From assembly GCA_002633005.1 (NCBI GenBank), contig NMRA01000091.1, positions 541,267 to 605,266 on the forward strand: a stretch of DNA of 64,000 bases, given 5' to 3'. Each line of letters begins with the position of its first letter. Position 1 is the stretch's first letter. This DNA is from Phoronis australis (taxonomy: Eukaryota > Animalia > Phoronida). The position numbers were made by a program, and so were the translations under genes. The notes under the pieces were generated by a model, which ran no database searches, had not been told where the DNA came from, and saw nothing but the letters and a program-made list of their open reading frames with translations. Shown here in pieces: positions 45,175 through 64,000 of this stretch.

Positions 45175-48100
45175 ATAGCTCCTTACACACATTTGTGCCA
45201 TGCCTTGACACATTGCTATAACATACTGTCACCACACGAGTCATTTAGTACTGACACGAGGCAACTCGCGCTAATATTTGGCCTTTTGTTACCCCAATCA
45301 GAGTGTGACTAAAAGTTAATTGATGCGTGTGGCTCAGTCGCGTTGATAAAAAAACTCACACGCTAATTAACAACCGGACGATCGCCGCACAAATAAAAAA
45401 GTTCATGTTCAATTCAACGTTTCGTCTTTTCATTAGACATCATCAGGATCATATTTACAACAATTTAGGACAACAAGTGCCAACATACAGCTCAGGTAAC
45501 ATCCATAGAGTGAAGTGAGAGATACATAGAATACAGTCAGTAGTTGGTCACCACCATAGTTGCAGCCGGGGTCACTGAGCTCTGTATGTTATTCAATGAA
45601 TCAGTGGCATGCTGGTTCTGAATGGCCAACGACTCTTTAATGTGCAGTAACTCCTTATTAGGTTCTCTGCAGATAATACTAAAAGAGTTGGCTTGGTGAT
45701 TGTAGCTAATACAATGCCTATATATGTTACAGTACGTCTCTCTGACGGGTGTGATGTCCTTTCAACCTGTCACAGAGGCGTCTCTGTTGAGTCCTATATG
45801 GCATTTTTGATTGTTCTCCTGGGTTTTTGCAGCACTTGCAATTTCCAATTCAACTATAAAAAACATCAAAAACGCTGTCGGGCATTTTTTGGGCGTTACA
45901 TCTCCCATTCGACGAAAGGCACCTGTCGGTACGTCTTTGTTTGTTGCAACAAAAATTTCACTCTTACGTTTTGGCTTAGACCGAGGTGTCCCGCTTTTTA
46001 TCCTGAAGTCTCGTTTTTCAATCCAGCTGTTTCGTTTTTTCGTTCTTGAATGTTGACCGTGACACATGACGGCGACATCCCGTTGCTCCCAGCTTGTTCG
46101 ATTCTATAGCCCAACAGCAAGTTGGGAAGTTTACCCTCGTAGCCAATATCTTACACGACTGATTAACTCCATTCTGGCATTGGTGCATGGTTGGAGGGCC
46201 TGCGCTCTTTTGTTCGATAATTGCTCTAATCTTCAATCAGATCGTATTTAGCCTGACTGGACTGGGCTGATAAAAATGAAAGTTAAGTTATAACATATTT
46301 GAGTTCTAAACCAATAGCAGTTCTGAATTCCTCGTCAAATGCTCATCATGTTCCGTTTTTGAATCACCAAAATCGCCCAACTACAACAGAAGTTAAGACA
46401 ATCGGTTCTGTCCAAACGGAGTACCAACTGGGTTTGACTGTGTTCATACGCGTTCGGTAATAGCGTGCAACCACCATACGTTTCCTTTGAAGCCTGGGAG
46501 ATAATTGGCCTGCTTGTGATCATACGGGACAAAAGACTGAGCTGGGTAGTTAACAAAAGACAGGGCTTGGAATGACCCATGACAAAAAAGAGGAAATTTT
46601 TACGGCCCTAAATACACATTTCAATCTAAACCATACCTCAACAGATCGAAAGTTACTGTGTCGTGTTAACAAAACGCACTCATCTTAAGCTCCACTGAGG
46701 GAGACCTATAAAATTATTTTCAATTCTTATAATTACGATGCAAAATTACAAAAAAATTGAAAATCGATCCATAGATTATCTAGAAAGCCTGATATACATA
46801 CACATATAATTCCAACAAAACTTTAAATTCCAACGCAAATGGAAAAAAGTCAAGACGAAATCCAGTGGCCCATACCCAACTGTTAGCATCGAAAATGAAA
46901 GACAAAAACAACATACTTTATAGAATGCATCAATCACAATCCTAAGTTGGCCAATTATTTTCAGTTTCAAACAGTAATTACAGGAGTTAATTGTTCATAA
47001 GCCACGCTGGTGTAGAAGAAACTAAGTGACATAAGAAATAACTATCACGATACTGAAAATAGTCTGGCAGAATTTGTAAACAATGACTTAGACCAATCAG
47101 ATCATTCAGAATCTGTCACGTGATCATTTCTTTAAAATTGCAAAACTCCAGTCACAAAATAGAACACGAAAAATGTCAAAATAAATTGAAATACATAAAA
47201 GGCAATTCAAAACGCATTTGCAGTAACGAAAATAGCACTTTGTATCCCGTTTCGGCGGCACGTAGAAAATCGCACTCAAGCAGTCAGGCCTTAGCTAGGG
47301 CTTAGCAGCCAACGGCAACGGGCGTGCATGTGGGATCAAACAAAATAATTTCTGAATCATACATCACTCACATCCCACGATTTCAATCCAACGAATAACC
47401 GGATACGGTTGAATTTCCTTCAGGAAGCGTAAATTTCTAGTGTTTCATCGTTTTCAGTCGGTCCCTCGACTCAAACTTAGTCCGAGGCGTCTCGCCCACG
47501 CACTCCGTAGGCCTAATTGTTCCTCTCTCAGTCATAGGCAGATTTGGGGGGGGGGTGTAGTGGTAAAGCACGCGCGCTCTGTCCGAGTCTGTTGGATTTT
47601 CAATTTTCGCTGTATTTCTTTGTTTTTTTTGCCTTTTTTTCTTGGATAATACTTCAAGAATCAAGGAAAATGCTTGATTTTTAGAAGAAAAAAAACAGAA
47701 AAATTTCCTGGGCGGGAGGGGGCAAACTCCCCCTCCCGATCTCCCCCCCATTCGGTGCTATGCGCATCTACAATCGTGGTTTGCGCGAATGCTTGCAGAC
47801 AAAATGTTTGCCCCTTGTGATATCCTAGATCCGTCACTGAAAGTTTACAGAGCACAAACCTTGACTTGTGTTGTTTGTGAAGACATTGAACGCTTCTTTT
47901 ATCCACTTTTCAACGAAATATTCTGTCTACTCCACGCTCCACGCATTTTTTGACCGCAGAATTGTACTATTTGTCGCCGCGATTTTATACAAAATGCAGA
48001 CGCCATTGATGAACCACGCTATCCCAGGCACAGGCGCTTGAATTTATCTGTTCCTCGATTGCCTCTGATGTAACTCACTACTAAGAAAGCATGTTTCTTG

Positions 48101-48598
48101 TATATTGTTACGAGTCATCGGGAAATTCGAGCGCCTGTGATCAGCAATTGCAATTTTCGTTACTCCGAAACATTAAGAGCTATTTCCGCTTTTCAAGCCG
48201 TCGGCAACGCCACGGTGAGAAACCAATTTGCCGCGATAACTTTATGGCAAATCCCATTTTTTCCGCGGAAGTATAACGAAAATACGCGGAGGGAATAAAA
48301 GAAAAAAACGGAAATTTGCGTTTCCGCGGAAAATTCCAAGCCTTGAAAAGAGCCAGATGTTATCGCACGTTCAGCACCCCTCTCGTCTGGAAAAGTTAAT
48401 GAACGACAGAACGCTGTAATGAACTATGCAACATGTATTCAAAGTAACATTTTGTCTTTTTATGAATATTGTTATTTTCCCGGGTCCATTTTCTTTAGTA
48501 ACATAAGTATCGTGGAAATGTGTTCCAATGTCTCTTGTTTACGGTAACATCAGGATCACCAACTTTTGCACTCTGAAGAAAATAGTTTATTTCTAAAT

Positions 48599-48800
48599 CA
48601 TGCGCGCACCCTTCGTAACAAAAAAGCAGGCGGACTAAAAAACAAAATAAAAAATGGGAATACCTCTGTGAATTACGCGTTTGCGCACGTTTAGTGGACT
48701 TTTGTCTGTTTCTCGGACTTTTTGTCTCTGAGGCGGACCTTTTTGCCCACTTCGCCGCAAATGGGGTGCTCGTTCGAGCCCCCCTCTGTGTGCGCCCATG
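48599..48800 (-). mobile_element. MITE family A, copy 7 (internally deleted)
   Basis: TIRs and core; flanks TAAAT / TAAAC. Confidence 0.83.
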
Positions 48801-50290
48801 TAAACTGTTATAGGAAGCCCTACACTGCAGCACATTTCAAAGCTAGGTGATAGCTGTTTGCTCAATTTTATCTATCAGAAAACTTTTACAGGAAATTTCG
48901 GATATTAGGCTAGCTACTGGGAGTAGTTTACGGCATTTTTCGTAAATGTCACTGCATTCTCAATTTTTACTGAAAATGTAATTGTAGCAAACGGACCCAA
49001 AAGTCCAATTAATTATAACACCTGAAGATGTATAATAATACCTGACTAAATTATCCACAGCAAGTGTGACTGATCCATATTCTAAAACCCGCGTCTTTAT
49101 AGGGTTGAAAACTTGAATCACTGAAATTATTTCCCTCATGGCTTAACTAGCCATCTATTACTTCTCTTGTCCATCACATTTTCATGTTAGTATTGCATGC
49201 TGTCATTTTTCGCATTCCAGTAAAACTTTTGTTTTTTAGAATTAAACATATTTTTAAACCAGACAACTATGTGGAATGATAATTACTGGTGAATTAAAAT
49301 TATTCGTCTTTTGCGTCTGGTGCAATCATCAAGAACTGACTAGGGGCTTTCTAATGATATGCCTCTTATATGCAGTTCGGTTGAAAAACGGCTGTTGCGA
49401 AGTTTTAATAGTTTAGTAAATTCCTTAGCATGTGCACACACGGGAACTACGAATGCAAGCAACTCTCACGCATGCGCGGCGCACCATCAGCGGCCGTGAG
49501 TTGGCATTCCAGGGCTAGAGTTCTTTGGCCAGGCTAAGTTTGTGAGATATCCCTTCTGCCCGCTAACTCTCCGAGGTTCACCGCTGACAAGAGCGAGACA
49601 CAAGAACCCTTCAAACACTTGAATCGCAGAATACTTCATTACCAGTTCTTGAAGATTATTATTCTTACTTCTGATAAAGTTGAGTATTTTTCCTGAAACT
49701 AACCAAGATCCAAACGCAAATTTTAAAACTATTTTCACAATCGTTGTTTTGCTACCATTGGTGATTCAAAAACAAGACACTATTATTGTAGTTGGAAATA
49801 AAGCCTGCTCCCCAGACCTATACTTATCCTCAATTCTGTTTTATTAAAAGCATCATAGAAACTATCCTGCTTTCGAATTCAAATACATGATTTCCAATGA
49901 TCTAAACCTTAATTGCTGCATAAATACCTCTTATTTTGATTGTTTTTATTATACTACAGCAAATTTCAGAGATGATACAAATCGTGATATTCCAGCGATT
50001 TCCGCAAAAAGTAAATTTCTCCTCACCAAGCCTCAAATGACTAAACCCAACAGCACCACCTAGAAGCTTGGGAATGAGGCTGAGCCACAGCACTGCTGTT
50101 TTTGTTGGAAATTCTATATTTCCCATAGATGGATCATTTCAAGGGAATAGGACACCTGCAATATGTTTTTCTCTAGGACTTGCTGGTCTCCAGTTATTGG
50201 AGAGATTTTCCCAGACTGCTATAACAAATTGTCAGCTAAAGGTATAGACGTGTTCAGGCAGTTAACCACACAACTATTCACAAATTACAG

Positions 50291-50296
50291 TTTATT
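50291..50296 (-). promoter_or_regulatory. Candidate polyadenylation signal of PSMC5
   Basis: AATAAA on - about 560 nt after the stop. Confidence 0.35.
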
Positions 50297-50852
50297 GAAC
50301 TTAAAAATATTTACAAAGGTAAGTGAACAACAAGCCACCAGATGGCACTCATGTTCCATGCTCATGGTTCTGGGTTTTTAGGGAGCTGTCATGACTTCCC
50401 ACATGTTTCCTTACATCAGTCCAAACAAACACGATCATAGAAGTCACCTACATTCGAAAATCCAACACTGTCAAACGATACAATTTGCAAGAGAACACTC
50501 AGACAGAGTGAACCCAAGCATGTGCTGCAGTATATTTTGACGGTTTGGTATAACAGTCATTTAATGAACCTCTAAGTTTGCATAATAGCAATATCAAAGT
50601 GTGACTTGCTAAATAAATGTGTTCGCATTTTTGACAATTTCTAAGTCTTGAGTGTATATGAAGTCGATACAAGAGTACTACATCTGCAGGCAAAATGACC
50701 GCTTGTCATATTCAGCCGACATCCAATCAAACACCAAAATCCGTGAATGGAGCAACTTGACTCTGTTCAAAACTGCATCCGAAAATGACTCAGCACTTTG
50801 CACTAATACCCCTGGAGCACGTGTTCAATCACCCATGAACAGATGCCCATTC

Positions 50853-60501
<9,649 letters not shown>

Positions 60502-61166
60502 CTGCAACCAAAGAACAGAAAATTACAGTCCAAATCCTGGCAGAAGCATCTGGCTAACATGCATAAAGTGTTCCATGCTATTTCTAGTGCAACCTCAGGA
60601 GATAATTTTCTCTCAACTATTACTAACTTCACGACATCATTAAACCAAGAAAAAACGAGCTTAATTAGAAAATCTAGCTGACACTATCTGAAGGTTGGCA
60701 TTCCATTAATACAGGCAAGACCACTACACCATGTAGCAGCAAAACAGGCGACACTTCTAAGCCCCTGTGTGCTAATATGCATTGCGGCTAAAAACATAAC
60801 TAAGTCCTGGTTATATGCAGCACTTTTATATCCTTACCTAAATACTGTTCACTATACATAAATTAATATAGATCTGCGTATAAATGTCAATTTGATTTGT
60901 GTTCGGGGGAAAAAGAAGTGTGCTGGATTTAGCAGCTTTTCAACCCTTCCAAATCACGTACAACAACAGACTATGCTTTTGGACTTTAAGCAGGAAGTGA
61001 TGTTTCCCTCTGAGGAGATGAATCAATGTTCTAAAAATAATGTTATATAATGGCACTTTGGGCCAGGTTACCCTGCATTCACACCAGTAAGAAAATTCAA
61101 ATTATGTTTAAATGTGTCAGGCGTATTTGTACGCGTGTAAATTGACATGATCTCAGGTGGTGTAAA

Positions 61167-61452
61167 TACACATCCAGATGTAGCTTTACACCAGGGTATT
61201 GCATTTAATATACATCCAGATGTAGCTTTACACCGGGGTATTTGTATTTAATATACATCCAGATGCAGCTTTACAGTGGGGTATTTGCATATCCAAATGC
61301 AGCTTTACATTATTTACACCGGGGTATTTGCATTTAATATACATCCAGATGCAGTTTTAAACCGGTGTATTTGTATTTAATATACATCCAGATGTAGCTT
61401 TACACCGGGGTATTTGTATTTAATATACATCCAGATGCAGCTTTACACCAGA
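61167..61452. repeat. Minisatellite, ~41-bp unit ([43 protein letters not shown]), about 7 copies
   Basis: Seen directly. Confidence 0.92.
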
Positions 61453-62543
61453 TATTTGCATTTTGCACAGCAAAAATGCACATCATATACAAAACTACAC
61501 TTAGAGTATAAATATACACCCGGGTGTAAATAAACACCCTGATGTTAACACCATGATGTTAACCTGGGTTAAGTGACAAAAATGTCTTTCATGTACATAC
61601 CAATATTTTGGCAGTGGCATAAAGTCCAACTGTATTAGATTTTAAACCGACAATTTAAACATTTTTCGGACATAGGTAAGGACAACCAAACGATGAGCAA
61701 TCACCTTGTGTTTGGAACCAAAAATTCCTTAGAATGTCGCCTTACCCACTCATACAATTTTCGGTAATGATCGGATATAACGTGCCCCGAACTTTGAGAA
61801 CCGGTTTTCTTCACTGAATAATTTTGGTCATGGTTTTCAAAATATGGGCATGTTATATCCCACTACTGCCTAATTTTCTTAACTGGAGAGCTCCGATTTA
61901 TATTCGAAAACAATCATTTGATTTAGACAACTTGGCAACCATCGAAAAACCAGTCCGTTATTCAGCGGATGAACATGGTTCTCTAAATCAGAGATTTCTG
62001 CATCAGACCAGTGCCCCCAAAAAAATTCCATACAAAAAGTACACACACCTAGGTGAGCCCTGGGGGATACCTCTCAAAACTCTCATTTCTGAATCTGATT
62101 CAATCCACAGGCTGACAAATTTCTTATTGACTTATAACCTTAAAAGGTTGGGCACTTAAGTTTTGCTAAGCCTAAGCTGCGAACTTCAATTGTATCAAAT
62201 TCAAATAAAATCTATGAGCACCTCCCTCAGACTGCTCTTGCATAAACTCCTAAAGCCTCAACTCCCCTTGATCTCACTAATTGTGAGTTATGATGGCAAC
62301 GAAATTTCCAAAATTCTAAATTCAAGGAGACCAAATAGTTAACATGGAGGAATCCAGTGATGTTTAACTTGCACACCTGATGAAAATTAAACATTAAGTT
62401 TGAGCAAGCAAAGCTTCTACGGCAAAGACAAGAAATCTGTTATTCCATTGTGATAGAGGTTTTAGTAAAATTAAACTTCCACTTATGCGTAATTTGCTTG
62501 TTCTTAGTGCTCATTTCATTATATAACACAGAACTTAATTGCA

Positions 62544-63861
62544 CAGGGCACGACCTAGCGAAAATCCCAGGTCGCATTGTCAAAATCCAGCTCACATTCA
62601 TAAATGCCAGGTCGCAAAATTTTCCCGCCATTTTTACGTGAAAAAATTGATTGTTTAGAACATCGAGAAAATGTTTAGATTATGCTCTTACCTGCGATGT
62701 TTAATACTCACAAATTTCAAGTCGCAAAATTGAGTTCTTACATACAGGTACGCAGGGCTTTATCCAAGATTTTGAAAATAGGGTGTCCAAAATGGGGTTC
62801 CAATACTCCAGGGCATCCATGATTCCAATGACGCGTTACCCCTACCCCCACCACCATTCACTAGTAACCCCCTCCACCCACACACAGTCTGGTTTTTTAC
62901 AACAAATGTGTAGAACAATTGGCCGGGGGTGTATGAAGAGAGGAAAACAAAACTCCACTAACCACGATTTCGAATCTACTCGAAAAGCTGGCCAAGGCAT
63001 AGAACATTCACCTAGGGAACCTCGAAACAGGAAAATATCAGTTCTGGGCTACACTGGTCCCAGGGAATATCGGAAACTTTAAGTTCATTGTCAGATAAAC
63101 CATTGGCACCCGGGTGCTTAACAAAGCCAAACCAGAATACTCTTTCACTGAGGACTGTATGCGTGAGTTCACGCACTTGAATCGCTGGAGTAGGCCTACA
63201 CTTTATGTTGGCAACAACATGTGACAGATGACTAATATGTCGCGCACGTAGCTCTAGAAACAGGTAAATGGTTTGAGAATTTGTTATTGACACAAAAACT
63301 ACTTTGCTGAAAATGAAGACGTGGCTGTCGGGACCGGCCAGTGCTGCAGTGCAATATCAGGGATATTGTTGCGGATATTTGATAATAAGCGCATCTTAAG
63401 AGAAAAATAAATGTTTTTTCACCACAAAGTTTGGTAAGTTGATCATAGAAACACTGCTGTTTTGTGACATTTTATCACGTGTTAAGCCACGGTCCGAAAC
63501 TTTCTTCGGTGCGTCATCTAGAAATTTGTAAAAGAAGCCGAATATGTTAGCCAATGAAATGCGTCAAAGATGGATTCTGCATTATCCCATGTTCACGCGT
63601 CATGTTGACTAAGTCATTGGGAGGGCTGTTCTCATTAGTGCTCTTCTGAACTTGATTTGGCAACGACCAAATAACGGTCGGATTCAAACGAATTGCTTTA
63701 TATTTGCCAGGTATCTGCCGAGAAGTGTGAAAACTCAGCTCGCATATGCTGGAAATTCCAGGTCGCATTTTGCGATTTGATATGAGCTGGCAAAAACCAC
63801 AGCTTGCATTTCCAAATTTCAGATTGCAAATGCAACCTGCAGCTCGTTATATCAAGCCCTG
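62544..63861. mobile_element. Non-autonomous hAT-like DNA transposon with 5-bp TSD; a second CAGGGC-terminated element is nested at about 62753-63130
   Basis: Termini CAGGGCACGACCTAGCGA / TCGTTATATCAAGCCCTG, perfect TSD TTGCA (62539-62543 / 63862-63866), subterminal CCAGGTCGCA repeats at both ends. Confidence 0.8.
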
Positions 63862-64000
63862 TTGCAAGAACTGGAGTATCTTACCATCTTTACAATGTGT
63901 ACTAATCTTGCTTGAAGCACAACAGACACTCGGCTTTTGATCAAGATTTCTGATGCATAACCGCACATTCATTGCGGGATATCACCTGCATTAGTAGCCA

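Noticed and set aside
61167-61452. CRISPR-like repeat array
   Set aside because: Units are contiguous with no unique spacers, there are no cas genes, and the context is a eukaryotic intron; it is a minisatellite
62596-62631. MAGKFCDLAFMN as the first coding exon of PSMC5
   Set aside because: It is in frame and has a GT donor, but it lies inside a TSD-flanked transposon and does not resemble known Rpt6 N-termini. The real first exon is probably beyond 64000, or Met 60498 is the start.

Overview
Eukaryotic (metazoan, probably marine invertebrate) genomic DNA, AT-rich, from a draft assembly with two N-gaps and two single-N junctions that join duplicated, probably allelic, sequence. Three protein-coding genes were reconstructed by hand with consistent splice phases. 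(1) An 18-exon ABCB6/HMT-1 half ABC transporter on + (3625-28171, about 871 aa). (2) A TRPV-family ankyrin-repeat cation channel on - whose whole CDS is one exon (39366-41906, 846 aa). (3) The 26S proteasome ATPase PSMC5/Rpt6 on - (10 coding exons, 50853-60501; first exon probably outside the window). The rest is decayed mobile DNA: a Gypsy pol remnant, two L1/Tx1-like LINEs, another LINE 3' fragment, two Helentron-type (HINE) elements with tandem arrays, a ~250-bp MITE family (7 copies) and a 1.3-kb element that both make 5-bp TSDs (hAT5-like), tRNA-derived SINE heads, two degenerate Penelope-type hammerhead ribozyme motifs and a THAP remnant. I see no unequivocal new system. The best leads are the single-exon TRPV with unusual gating residues and a repeat-supplied stop codon, the tRNA-head plus hammerhead element, the 5-bp-TSD transposons and re-splicing-prone ABCB6 exons.
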